From an uncultured virus (IMG/VR IMGVR_UViG_3300044645_000935) (taxonomy: Duplodnaviria > Heunggongvirae > Uroviricota > Caudoviricetes > Crassvirales): a stretch of 64,000 nt of DNA. Shown in pieces: positions 8,001 through 17,149 of this stretch (the stretch's first letter is position 1; each line of letters opens with the position of its first letter). The notes below the pieces were generated by a model. It was not told the DNA's origin. It ran no database searches and worked only from the letters and a program-made list of their open reading frames with translations. The stretch lies in the IMG/VR virus record IMGVR_UViG_3300044645_000935. One strand, 5' to 3'. A program made the translations under genes and the position numbers.

Positions 8001-10127
8001 GAAAGCGGAAACTTGTATTATACAGACGCAAGGTCTCGTGCTGCATTGTCATTTGCTGCAGGTAGTGGCGCATATGATAACATCACAGGTGTAATTACCA
8101 TACCAACTAATAATAATCAAATTACTAATGGTGCAGGATATATAACTAGTGCTGCTTTGGGTGCTTACCTTCCTTTAACAGGTGGTACTTTGACAGGTGC
8201 TTTGAACGGGACTAGTGCTAGTTTTAGCGGTACAGTTACAACTCCTTTTATCGGTGTTACAGGTTCTACAGGTCAAATAGGAAATATCAATTCTACCAAT
8301 GCAAATGGTGGATATATTACATGGCAGACAAGCGGTACTACTATTGCGGATTTAGGTTCTGCACAGCAAATATTTGGAGCAGGAGGAAGTGATACCTTTG
8401 GTATAAATGCAAGAGGTGCTAGGTCTTTGATGCTAGGTACAAATGATACTACTAGACTCACCATCTCCTCCACAGGAGCAGCTACATTCAGCAGTAGTGT
8501 TAGTGCTGCTAGTTTATCAGGTGCTTTTGCTACTTTGTCAAATTATGGTAGTGCAACAAGTACTGTATTACAATTAGGTGATGCTAATAATGGTTTATTC
8601 AGACCTGCTTTAAACTCTGTTGCAATTGCTACAAATGGTGCTGCTGCCCTTACCATAGCCTCCACAGGAGCAGCGACCTTCAGCAGTAGTGTGACGGCTA
8701 CAAGTTTTAATTTAGGCAATGGTCAATTCTTGAGGCTAACTAGAACTAGCGGTGGATTGCAATACGATGCACTTGGAATAGTTGCAGGGACAGACAATAC
8801 AAGGCTAATTTCTACGGGTGATTTTGATATTGTCAATGGTGCATTAACTTCTTATTTTAAAGTATCCTCCACAGGAGCAGCGACCTTTAGCGGTAGAGTT
8901 GGAGTAGGTGGTGCATCCGCTACTTATTCGTTAACTGCTTACAATGCAAGTAATGGTACAACTGCTGCATTTGGAGGTACTGCAAGGGGAATAAGAATAG
9001 ATAACGATGGAGCATTTAGCAGTGGTAGAAGCACTATATTTGGAGTTGATAGTACTTTTTATGGATCTTATCAACCTTTAAGCATTGAGGCTTCTTCACT
9101 TGCCTTACAAGCAGTTACAGGAGGCAATGTAGGCATCGGCACTTCTTCGCCATCCTATAAACTCGATGTAAATGGAAATATTAGAGGTATTGAGTCTTTA
9201 TATTTAGCATTACCATTTGGTCCAAATAATTTTAATGCGTATAGATTGTGGGCTGACCCACTTACTGAGGACTTTATTATTACAAATACGTTTTCTAATT
9301 CAAATAACTTTAGGATATCGTATGGAGGAAATGTCTTGATTGGAACATCAACGGATTTAGGATTCAGAACAGATTCAAGAGATAGTTTAATTATAAGCAA
9401 TACTCAACCTGCAAGTAACTTTAGTTCTAATACAGGTGAATTCTATATAAGAGGCGAGGTTAGGTATGATATGGGTCCAACCATTAACTACTACCCATCT
9501 CTTTGGAGACAGCGTCTTGAAAATATTGGTGTATTTAGTGGTACTTCTAATTTAGTTTGGACAATGTCCGCTAATGGGGGTGCTTACACAGAGTACATGA
9601 GATTAAGAACTGATTCTTTGGAAGCACCTGCATTTGTCCCTACAGGTACTTCAGGTGGTGGATATAATGGGATTGTTCTTTCTACATCAAGCGGAGGATT
9701 ATTATTTAATTCAACAGGTGCTGCTAGACAAGATTTTGATGGAAATGGTCATGCTCGATTTAAGACAAGTAACTTCTATCAAAACGAGGAGAAAAAGCGA
9801 ACAATATTTGGTAACGCTAACATTGCACCTAGTGGTAGTATTACAGTGAATGTTACATTTGCAGCATCATGTTATGTTAGTATTTGCGCTAGAGCAGGAG
9901 GACTTTCATTTGGAGGACAGTTCAACGCAATGACATTATTTGGCATTGATACAACCAACTCAAGTGTTGCTTCTTCAAGCCCTGCTTCAAGTGGGTATAT
10001 GCAATGGACAGCAACACAAGTTAGCAGTACAAGTTGGAATATAACACTAACTAATTGGAGTGGTGGAACAACTGCAAGAGTAGCATACGAAATAGAAATA
10101 AACGCTTCAAATACTATAACGAACTAA
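5049..10127 (+). CDS. Tail fibre / receptor-binding protein, 1692 aa
   Basis: Gly/Thr/Ser-rich; YLPLTGGTLTG and GNVGIGTSSPSYKLDVNG fibre motifs; internal duplications. Confidence 0.85.
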   Translation: MPKISQFTTAAAPSLSDKLIGTSVSGSPTNQTNNFTLQEIKDLFDGGPTPPSPTLQSVLNAGNTAIQNIYLTGELEAIDLTIANDASSKNLYLAERFFDKNNSAGTNGQYLTSTGSGVQWSTLTIPIPTLQQVLTAGNVSDKDITTTGDIQADSIQGTNITANSNLRVVGTLADSTNSVGGTGQVLSSTGTGTDWVDLPAYSAVSPLIYNNVLKQFSIQQATSTQNGYLSSADWITFDGKQNAGNYITALTGEASASGPGSVSITLNNLAVINKTLTGFTALSGSVTAADSIITAFGKLQNQINSATSGLSYQGVWNAATNTPALASSIGLNGQYYVVDVAGSTNLNGITDWKVGDWAIFNGSSWQKIDNTDSVVSVNGQIGIVVLNSDDIAEGTTNLYYTDTRARNSISSLATGLTYTAGTGVFSLTTGYSIPTIANQTDWTTAYNNSIVSAAVTGTTTKTLTLTQQDGGTITANWTEPDLTGFVPYVGATQNVTLGYNSLSGAHLLVNGPSAPQGGFLGFKQSTNVVTGSAGYTSMYAVGQTYLGFVFPQTPSGYKEFSFNASGITNNVPGGRIYSMPDADGTLALTSNLTSYVPYTGATSNVNLGEYGLTTGFLGFDLTPTATPTTVGTMYWDTAYRTASLVAGVGTNTLQIGQEEVLLVHNNTGSALTNGQVVYVTGSTGELPSISLADASSESTSAATLGVVSESIANGADGFVTVSGIVHGINTLAYNEGDILWLSETAGQFTTVKPISPAHLVLIGYVIKKSGGNGSILVKIQNTQELEESSDVLISAPKLDGQGLFLQTVSGTQLWRNRSISDVLGYTPANAATAITSLTGEATATGPGASSVTLSNSAVTGKVLTGLNVTGNAILATDSVLSAFGKLQNQVNQLIGGLQYEGTWNASTNTPAITSGVGTDGTFYIVSVAGSTNIDGITDWQVGDWIVFHTPTWQKVDNTDSVNSVFGRVGVVTAASGDYNTSQVTESGNLYYTDARSRAALSFAAGSGAYDNITGVITIPTNNNQITNGAGYITSAALGAYLPLTGGTLTGALNGTSASFSGTVTTPFIGVTGSTGQIGNINSTNANGGYITWQTSGTTIADLGSAQQIFGAGGSDTFGINARGARSLMLGTNDTTRLTISSTGAATFSSSVSAASLSGAFATLSNYGSATSTVLQLGDANNGLFRPALNSVAIATNGAAALTIASTGAATFSSSVTATSFNLGNGQFLRLTRTSGGLQYDALGIVAGTDNTRLISTGDFDIVNGALTSYFKVSSTGAATFSGRVGVGGASATYSLTAYNASNGTTAAFGGTARGIRIDNDGAFSSGRSTIFGVDSTFYGSYQPLSIEASSLALQAVTGGNVGIGTSSPSYKLDVNGNIRGIESLYLALPFGPNNFNAYRLWADPLTEDFIITNTFSNSNNFRISYGGNVLIGTSTDLGFRTDSRDSLIISNTQPASNFSSNTGEFYIRGEVRYDMGPTINYYPSLWRQRLENIGVFSGTSNLVWTMSANGGAYTEYMRLRTDSLEAPAFVPTGTSGGGYNGIVLSTSSGGLLFNSTGAARQDFDGNGHARFKTSNFYQNEEKKRTIFGNANIAPSGSITVNVTFAASCYVSICARAGGLSFGGQFNAMTLFGIDTTNSSVASSSPASSGYMQWTATQVSSTSWNITLTNWSGGTTARVAYEIEINASNTITN
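5787..8039 (+). repeat. Internal ~160-aa duplication in fibre (5787-6266 and 7548-8039)
   Basis: ITALTGEA..AFGKLQNQ..YQGVWNA..WQKIDNTD..NLYYTD occurs twice. Confidence 0.85.
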
Positions 10128-10129
10128 AA

Positions 10130-10489
10130 ATGAAAACTTGGTTAGTAAATTCACTACAGGTTAAACCATCAGAAAATGGGTTAACTAATATTGTTAAGAA
10201 AGTACATTGGCACAGAGCTATATGGGAAGTAGTTGATGGTAAAGATTACTATGTATCAAAAGAAGGAGTTCTTGATTTACCTGATGCAGACCCATCATTG
10301 TTTTTAGACTACTACAGTCTAAAACCTGAAGATGTTTATGGATGGTTAGAGTCTATACTAGATGTTGCTAAAATAGATTCTGATTTAGAGGAAGAGATGC
10401 AAGCAAAGCAAAACCCTCCTCTTGTAAAATTAGAATTACCTTGGTTGGCAAAACAAGAAACAGTTGTTGTAGAAAATATAGTAATCTAA
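10130..10489 (+). CDS. Probable tail-fibre-associated/assembly protein
   Basis: Follows fibre; start MKTWLV 3 nt after fibre stop; ends LELPW-type motif. Confidence 0.7.
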   Translation: MKTWLVNSLQVKPSENGLTNIVKKVHWHRAIWEVVDGKDYYVSKEGVLDLPDADPSLFLDYYSLKPEDVYGWLESILDVAKIDSDLEEEMQAKQNPPLVKLELPWLAKQETVVVENIVI

Positions 10490-10501
10490 AATAAAAATAA
10501 A

Positions 10502-10645
10502 ATGGAAATCAAACTTAATGAAGAGCAAATCAAGATGCTTGAAGCATGGGCACAAGAACTTCCTACTAAGTACGGAATGTCTTTTATTCAATTTCTAGCA
10601 CAGCAAGTAAAAGAACAAAATCCTAAACCTGTAGAAGCAGAATAA
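10502..10645 (+). CDS. Small hypothetical protein, 47 aa
   Basis: Read manually; A-rich leader. Confidence 0.65.
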   Translation: MEIKLNEEQIKMLEAWAQELPTKYGMSFIQFLAQQVKEQNPKPVEAE

Positions 10646-10649
10646 TAAT

Positions 10650-10892
10650 ATGTCACTTATTAGTTCATACCCAAACGATACCACTCCATCCTATGATGAT
10701 AGACTAATTGGTACTGATGCTCAAGATGCAAGTGCTACCAAGAACTTTACTATTGGAGCACTTCTATCAATGCCTCTTCCTAGCGTGCCTGTATTTGCAA
10801 ACAATGCAGCCGCTATTGCAGGAGGTCTAGCAGTAGGTCGTGTGTACAGAATCACAGGTACAGGTCAGCTAGGAATAGTATATACTCCTTAA
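10650..10892 (+). CDS. Small paralog of the fibre N-terminal attachment segment
   Basis: MSLISSYP..DRLIGT..TKNFT resembles MPKISQF..DKLIGT..TNNFT. Confidence 0.7.
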   Translation: MSLISSYPNDTTPSYDDRLIGTDAQDASATKNFTIGALLSMPLPSVPVFANNAAAIAGGLAVGRVYRITGTGQLGIVYTP

Positions 10893-10896
10893 TTAA

Positions 10897-11124
10897 ATGG
10901 ACATTAGAAAGATTTCAATAGGCCCCGATTACAAGGGCAGTGCTATGCACTACATTGTTGGTCAACGCATCTTAGGAGATACGAATGAAATTCATTTGAT
11001 TAAATTCGATGAAATTAAAAATTCTTTTAAGATATTTATAATCAACAACAAGTCAGAGATTGTACTTTGGAAAGAGTTCAACTCGACAATACCTATTGCA
11101 ATCGAATACAATATCAATATCTAA
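10897..11124 (+). CDS. Conserved hypothetical phage protein
   Basis: ORF coupled to next gene. Confidence 0.75.
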   Translation: MDIRKISIGPDYKGSAMHYIVGQRILGDTNEIHLIKFDEIKNSFKIFIINNKSEIVLWKEFNSTIPIAIEYNINI

Positions 11125-11687
11125 TGAAATCCCCATTTTACTTTATTGCCAAGCCCGTTGATGGAAAGAGGTATGCAAATACCAAAGAGATAGCAGGAGT
11201 AGAATTAATAGTCAGCACATCTGAAGAGGACCACAAGTTCTCAAACAGATTTGCTGAGGTGGTAGAAACACCTCTAGGATATAAAGGTCCAATTGAACCC
11301 GGAGACATTTTACTTGTACACCACAATGTGTTCAAGTTTTACAATGATATGAAGGGCCGTCAAAAAAGCGGTCGTTCTTTTTTTAAGGACGATTTATTTT
11401 TTATAGAGACTGAGCAGTTCTATATGTTCAAGAAGAACAATGTTTGGAATTCATACAGCAGGTATTGCTTTGTCAAACCAATTAAAACAACAGATAGCTA
11501 CATCAAGAAGCCTTTTACTGAAGAGCCTCTAATGGGGATTATGAAGTACCCTAACGAGTACCTCTTATCACAAGGCATTAAAGAAGGTGACCTAGTTTGT
11601 TTTAGTCCTGACAGCGAATATGAGTTTACTGTTGACGATGAGAAGCTGTATCGAATGTATGACCACCAAATAACAATCAAATTATGA
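11124..11687 (+). CDS. GroES-like (tandem Cpn10-fold) protein
   Basis: IEPGDILLV and IKEGDLVCF motifs resemble Cpn10 VKVGDxV; start at TAATG overlap. Confidence 0.55.
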   Translation: MKSPFYFIAKPVDGKRYANTKEIAGVELIVSTSEEDHKFSNRFAEVVETPLGYKGPIEPGDILLVHHNVFKFYNDMKGRQKSGRSFFKDDLFFIETEQFYMFKKNNVWNSYSRYCFVKPIKTTDSYIKKPFTEEPLMGIMKYPNEYLLSQGIKEGDLVCFSPDSEYEFTVDDEKLYRMYDHQITIKL

Positions 11688-12160
11688 ATCTACTTGTAGT
11701 CGAAGATGTATTAAAATATCCAAATGAATATGTATCAGACATTCACCTACACGGATTTGAAGACTTGGCAGACGGAGAACACGTATTCAGAAACATACAA
11801 CCTCGTGGGAATAACGATGACTTTGCCAAACTTGTCCTTGAACTATTTCCTGATTACGGGATAGCATTTAACTTTGTAAGGAAGTCACCATTAAATCAAG
11901 AGGAGCCAAATTTTATCCATAGTGATGAGATGATGGGTGACATTACTTGTATATTGTATCTCAATGAGATGTCTCCTGTTGAAGACGGTACTACAATATA
12001 TGATGACGAAAAGAATCCTTCAGTAAAAATTTATTCGAAGTACAATAGAATGGTTGCATTTGATTCAGATGTGTTGCATTCTAGAAATATATTTGAAAAC
12101 TTTGGTGAAGGAGATACATCTAGATTGATTCAAGTAATTTTCTTAAAGGCTAAGGAATGA
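11684..12160 (+). CDS. 2OG-Fe(II) dioxygenase-like protein
   Basis: HxD (IHSD), ILYLN, GTTIY, NRMVAFDS, distal H (LHS), RLIQVIF. Confidence 0.75.
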   Translation: MNLLVVEDVLKYPNEYVSDIHLHGFEDLADGEHVFRNIQPRGNNDDFAKLVLELFPDYGIAFNFVRKSPLNQEEPNFIHSDEMMGDITCILYLNEMSPVEDGTTIYDDEKNPSVKIYSKYNRMVAFDSDVLHSRNIFENFGEGDTSRLIQVIFLKAKE

Positions 12161-12447
12161 AAGAAGTAAAAGAAATTAAGCTCAGAATTATTGCCGCAGG
12201 ATACAAAGCCGTTGATGAATTAATAAAGGTTGCCGAGGAGAATGTGGTAAAGAGCGGAGATGTAGAAGGCGAGCTTGCGGCTGATAGATTAAAGAATGCT
12301 GCGGCAACTAAGAAGCTTGCCATATTTGATGCCTTTGAGATTCTAAATAGAATAGAAGCAGAGAAGGAGAGTCTTGAGGCAGTAGAAAGAGGAGTAAGTA
12401 AAACAGATACCAAACAAGGATTTGCAGAACGAAGGTCAAAACAATAG
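12157..12447 (+). CDS. Probable terminase small subunit
   Basis: Helical 96 aa directly upstream of and overlapping TerL. Confidence 0.6.
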   Translation: MKEVKEIKLRIIAAGYKAVDELIKVAEENVVKSGDVEGELAADRLKNAAATKKLAIFDAFEILNRIEAEKESLEAVERGVSKTDTKQGFAERRSKQ

Positions 12448-14671
12448 TTTATGCCGAGTCCTAAAGGACCAAATACCGGCAGCCGTAATCTCTAATAAGA
12501 ATAGAGTACGGTCTTGGCTGTATGGGTATAATGAGCAGTATGATGTTGTTGTGATATCTAAGAGTGGTCAGATAGGTCAGATAATAGAGATATCAGGACT
12601 AAAGATTGCATTGCCTGCAGCCCCTGATAAATGCTTTGCAAGGGATTCAAAGCCATCAGAGCAATATTGGGAGAGACAGGATATCCCTAGAGACTTAGCA
12701 AAGATTCAATCTATATTCCAATGGAATGAAAAGCCAAAGGAGTTTAAGGATAGATGGGTTGATTACATCGAGCAGGAGTTCGACTACAGAGAGCAGGGCT
12801 ATTGGTTTATGAACAACGGTGTGAAGACCTATATTACAGGCTCACACTATATGTATCTTCAATGGTCTAGTATTGACGTAGGATATCCTGACTTCCGTGA
12901 GGCTAACCGTATCTATTGGATATTTTGGGAAGCGTGCAGAGCAGACCCTAGAAGCTTTGGAATGGTATATCTAAAAATTAGACGTTCAGGTTTCTCTTTT
13001 ATGTCATCTTCAGAGTGCGTGAATATAGGAACACTTGCACGTGATTCTCGTATTGGTATTCTGTCTAAGACAGGTGCCGATGCTAAGAAGATGTTTACTG
13101 ATAAGGTTGTACCTATCAATAGTCGTCTTCCTTTCTTCTTTAAGCCTATCATGGATGGTATGGACAAACCAAAGACTGAGCTTGCGTTCAGGGTTCCTGC
13201 TGCCAAGATTACAAAGAAGAATATGTATGAATCAGATGATTCACAAATAGAAGGTCTTGATACTACAATAGATTGGAAGAATACAGAAGACAACTCTTAC
13301 GATGGTGAGAAGCTATTGTTCTTGGCACATGACGAATCAGGAAAGTGGACTAAGCCTGTAAACATCAAGGAGAATTGGCGTGTAACTAAAACCTGTCTTC
13401 GCTTGGGTAGCAAGATTATCGGTAAATGCATGATGGGTTCTACTTCCAACGCCTTGAATAAAGGTGGTCAGAACTTCAAAGACATTTACGAAGAGTCAAA
13501 TGTAAAGCATAGAAACGCAAACGGTCAAACCAAAAGTGGTTTGTACGCAATATTTATTCCTATGGAATGGAACATGGAAGGGTTCATTGATATTTATGGA
13601 CACCCTGTGTTTAACAAGCCAAAAGAAAAGATACGAGGAGTAGATGGAAATTGGATTACGAATGGAGCGATTGATTATTGGGAGGCGGAAGTTGAGTCAT
13701 TAAAGAATGACCCTGATGCGTTAAATGAATTCTATCGTCAGTTTCCACGAAGTGAGTCCCATGCTTTCCGTGATGAGAGTAAGTCATCTTTATTTAACTT
13801 GACTAAAATCTATCAGCAGATTGACTACAACGACTCAATGATTAAGGAGCATTACCTTACTCGTGGGTCTTTCTCTTGGAAGGATGGGATTAAAGATACT
13901 CAAGTAATATGGACTCCTGACCCAAGGGGCAGGTTTTTGGTAAGTTGGTTCCCTCCTAAACATATGCAAAATAATGTACATATTAGGAATGGAATTAAGT
14001 ATCCCGGCAATGAACATATTGGGTCATTTGGATGTGATTCATACGATATATCTGCTGTGGTTGGCGGACGTGGTTCTAACGGGGCATTACATGGAATGAC
14101 CAAGTTCCACATGGATGATGCACCTGTTAATGAGTTCTTTTTAGAATACATTGCAAGACCACAGACCGCTGAGATATTCTTTGAAGAAGTATTGATGGCT
14201 TGTGTGTTTTATGGTATGCCAATCTTGGTTGAAAACAACAAGCCACGTTTGCTGTATCATTTAAAAAATAGAGGGTACAGAGGCTTCTCTATCAATAGAC
14301 CTGACAAACAGTTTGCGAAACTGACAAAGACTGAACGAGAGTTAGGCGGAATACCTAACTCATCAGAAGATGTGAAGCAATCACACGCTTCAGCTATTGA
14401 GTCGTACATTGAGAAGTTTGTTGGCCTTGACCTAGAGGGTAAATATAGAGATGCTGACCTAATGGGTACGATGCCATTCACTAGAACACTTGAGGATTGG
14501 GCTAAATTTGACATCAATGACAGAACAAAATTTGATGCTTGTATTAGCTCAGGACTAGCAATAATGGCTAATCAGAAGCACCTATATGTGCCTGAAAAAA
14601 AAGAATCGAAATTAATTATTAACTTCGCTAAATATAAGAACGAAGGGGTAATCAGTCAATTAGACAAATGA
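12422..14671 (+). CDS. terL: Terminase large subunit
   Basis: KIRRSGFS Walker A, LAHDESGK Walker B, GST motif III, GCDSYD nuclease, ENN. Confidence 0.9.
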   Translation: MQNEGQNNSLCRVLKDQIPAAVISNKNRVRSWLYGYNEQYDVVVISKSGQIGQIIEISGLKIALPAAPDKCFARDSKPSEQYWERQDIPRDLAKIQSIFQWNEKPKEFKDRWVDYIEQEFDYREQGYWFMNNGVKTYITGSHYMYLQWSSIDVGYPDFREANRIYWIFWEACRADPRSFGMVYLKIRRSGFSFMSSSECVNIGTLARDSRIGILSKTGADAKKMFTDKVVPINSRLPFFFKPIMDGMDKPKTELAFRVPAAKITKKNMYESDDSQIEGLDTTIDWKNTEDNSYDGEKLLFLAHDESGKWTKPVNIKENWRVTKTCLRLGSKIIGKCMMGSTSNALNKGGQNFKDIYEESNVKHRNANGQTKSGLYAIFIPMEWNMEGFIDIYGHPVFNKPKEKIRGVDGNWITNGAIDYWEAEVESLKNDPDALNEFYRQFPRSESHAFRDESKSSLFNLTKIYQQIDYNDSMIKEHYLTRGSFSWKDGIKDTQVIWTPDPRGRFLVSWFPPKHMQNNVHIRNGIKYPGNEHIGSFGCDSYDISAVVGGRGSNGALHGMTKFHMDDAPVNEFFLEYIARPQTAEIFFEEVLMACVFYGMPILVENNKPRLLYHLKNRGYRGFSINRPDKQFAKLTKTERELGGIPNSSEDVKQSHASAIESYIEKFVGLDLEGKYRDADLMGTMPFTRTLEDWAKFDINDRTKFDACISSGLAIMANQKHLYVPEKKESKLIINFAKYKNEGVISQLDK

Positions 14672-17103
14672 AGAATATAACAATCGAAATCAATGCGGTA
14701 TCGTTCCCTAGTCAGTTGGCTACGGATGCTGAGAAAGCATCTGATACCTTTGGTTTGCAGGTTGGTCAGGCTATTCAATATGAGTGGTTCCGTAAGGATG
14801 GTAACTCATGTAGATACTATGGCCAATGGCAAGACTTTAGAAGACTTAGACTATATGCCCGTGGAGAACAGCCCATTGGTAAATATAAGAATGAATTAGC
14901 AATTGATGGAGATTTATCTTATTTAAATCTTGATTGGACTCCTGTTCCTATTCTTCCTAAGTTCATTGACATTGTAGTAAATGGTATGTCTGACCGATTA
15001 TTTAAGGTTAAGGCGTATGCTCAAGATGCAATGTCTCAAGCAAAGAGAAGTAAGTATCAAGACCTTATTGAAGCTCAAATGATAGCTAAGCCTGTGCTTG
15101 AAATTATTCAAGAAGAGACAGGTGCTAATCCTTTTATGATGGAGCCTGATGAGCTTCCTGAAACTGATGAGGAGCTATCACTATATATGCAGCTTAACTA
15201 TAAGCCTGCTATTGAAATCGCTGAAGAAGAAGCTATCAATACTATTTTTGATGAGAACCATTACGATGATATCAGAAGAAGAATTGATTATGATATTACA
15301 GTAATTGGGATTGGTATTGCTAAGCATGAGTTCTTACAAGGAACAGGTGTTAAGCTTTCTTATGTAGACCCCGCTAATGTAATCTATAGTTATACTGAGG
15401 ACCCATACTTCAAAGATTGTTTTTATTGGGGAGAGATTAAGACTGTTCCTATCACTGAGCTAATGAAGATAGACCAATCGCTCACGAAAGAAGACCTTCA
15501 GCAAATTACTCAGTACAGTCAATCATGGTATGATTATTATAACGTAGCTCAGTTCTATGAGAACAGTATGTTCTACAGAGATACTTGTACGTTGTTGTAC
15601 TTTAATTACAAGACCACTAAGAAGATTGTTTACAAGAAGAAGAATCTTGAAGGCGGTGGGTCTAGAGTAATTGAGAAAGACGAAAACTTTAATCCTCCTG
15701 CTGAAATGATGGAGGAAGGAAACTTTGAAAAGATTGAAAAGACTATTGATGTATGGTATGAAGGCATCATGGTTATGGGTACAAATATCCTTTTGCAATG
15801 GAAAATGTCTGAGAATATGGTTCGTCCTAAATCAGCATCTCAACACGCTTTACCAAACTATGTGGCAGTAGCTCCACGAATGTATAAAGGAGTTATTGAA
15901 TCATTGTGCAGAAGAATGATTCCTTTTGCTGACTTGATTCAGATTACCCACTTAAAGTTACAGCAGGTTATTGCTCGTACGGTACCTGATGGTGTATTTA
16001 TTGATGCTGATGGATTGAATGAGATTGACTTGGGAACAGGTCAGGCATATAGTCCTGAGGATGCATTAAGACTATACTTCCAAACAGGTTCTGTTATTGG
16101 ACGTAGCTATACTCAGGATGGTGAATTCAATAATGCACGAGTTCCTATTCAGCAGCTTACATCCAATTCAGGGGCATCTAAGACGCAGATGTTGATTACT
16201 AATATGAATCATTACATTGATATGATTCGTTCTGTAACGGGACTTAATGAAGCTAGAGACGGTTCTACACCTGACCCTAATTCTTTGGTTGGTATACAGA
16301 AGTTAGCAGCGTTGAATTCAAATACAGCAACAAGACATATTCTAGATGGCTCATTGTATCTGTATCGTTCAATGGCTGAAGCTTTGACATATAGAGTTGC
16401 TGACATTTTGGAATACTCTGACTTTGCTGACGAGTTTGCAAATCAAATTGGTAAATACAATGTATCTATCCTTAATGAAATTAAGGACCTATACATTTAT
16501 GACTTTGGTATTTTTATTGAAGTATCTCCTGATGAAGAGCAGAAGGCTCAGCTAGAAGCTAATATTCAGATGGCTTTGTCTAAAGGTGACATTAACCTTG
16601 AAGATGCAATTGACATTCGTGAGATTAGAAATCTAAAGCTTGCTAATCAATTGCTCAAGATGAAGCGAATGAAGACGCAGGAGCGTGCAGAAAAAATGGC
16701 TATGCAGCAACAAGCAATGCAAGCACAGCAGCAAATGCAGATTCAACAAATGGCTTCTGAAACAGCAATGCAAAAGATACAGTTAGAGACTCAAGCTAAG
16801 ATGCAGTTGAAGCAAGCTGAAATTGCATTTGATATTGAGAAAAGCAAAAACGAAGCTATGTTGAAATCTCAATTGATGAGAGAAGAGTTTGAGTATAATA
16901 TGCAATTGAGAAACATGGAAGTTGGTAGCTTGACTGAAAGAGAAAAAATGAAGGAAGAAGCCAAAGCAAAAAGAATTAGTCAACAGAATAGCGAGCAATC
17001 TAAGTTGATTAATCAACGCAAGAATAATCTTCCTCCTTTGAATTTTGAATCTAATGAGGATAGCCTAGATGGATTTGATTTAGCTGAATTTGAGCCTCGA
17101 TAA
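14668..17103 (+). CDS. Portal protein
   Basis: Follows TerL; 811 aa; C-terminal Q-rich coiled coil. Confidence 0.85.
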   Translation: MKNITIEINAVSFPSQLATDAEKASDTFGLQVGQAIQYEWFRKDGNSCRYYGQWQDFRRLRLYARGEQPIGKYKNELAIDGDLSYLNLDWTPVPILPKFIDIVVNGMSDRLFKVKAYAQDAMSQAKRSKYQDLIEAQMIAKPVLEIIQEETGANPFMMEPDELPETDEELSLYMQLNYKPAIEIAEEEAINTIFDENHYDDIRRRIDYDITVIGIGIAKHEFLQGTGVKLSYVDPANVIYSYTEDPYFKDCFYWGEIKTVPITELMKIDQSLTKEDLQQITQYSQSWYDYYNVAQFYENSMFYRDTCTLLYFNYKTTKKIVYKKKNLEGGGSRVIEKDENFNPPAEMMEEGNFEKIEKTIDVWYEGIMVMGTNILLQWKMSENMVRPKSASQHALPNYVAVAPRMYKGVIESLCRRMIPFADLIQITHLKLQQVIARTVPDGVFIDADGLNEIDLGTGQAYSPEDALRLYFQTGSVIGRSYTQDGEFNNARVPIQQLTSNSGASKTQMLITNMNHYIDMIRSVTGLNEARDGSTPDPNSLVGIQKLAALNSNTATRHILDGSLYLYRSMAEALTYRVADILEYSDFADEFANQIGKYNVSILNEIKDLYIYDFGIFIEVSPDEEQKAQLEANIQMALSKGDINLEDAIDIREIRNLKLANQLLKMKRMKTQERAEKMAMQQQAMQAQQQMQIQQMASETAMQKIQLETQAKMQLKQAEIAFDIEKSKNEAMLKSQLMREEFEYNMQLRNMEVGSLTEREKMKEEAKAKRISQQNSEQSKLINQRKNNLPPLNFESNEDSLDGFDLAEFEPR

Positions 17104-17121
17104 AATGTCGAAATAATTAAT

Positions 17122-17129
17122 TAAGTTTG
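17122..17129 (+). promoter_or_regulatory. Bacteroidota -7 promoter element
   Basis: TAAGTTTG intergenic before scaffold/capsid. Confidence 0.55.
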
Positions 17130-17149
17130 TACAAATAAAATCTAATAAA

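Noticed and set aside
5049..10127. Diversity-generating retroelement in the fibre repeats
   Set aside because: No reverse transcriptase; differences are not adenine-specific
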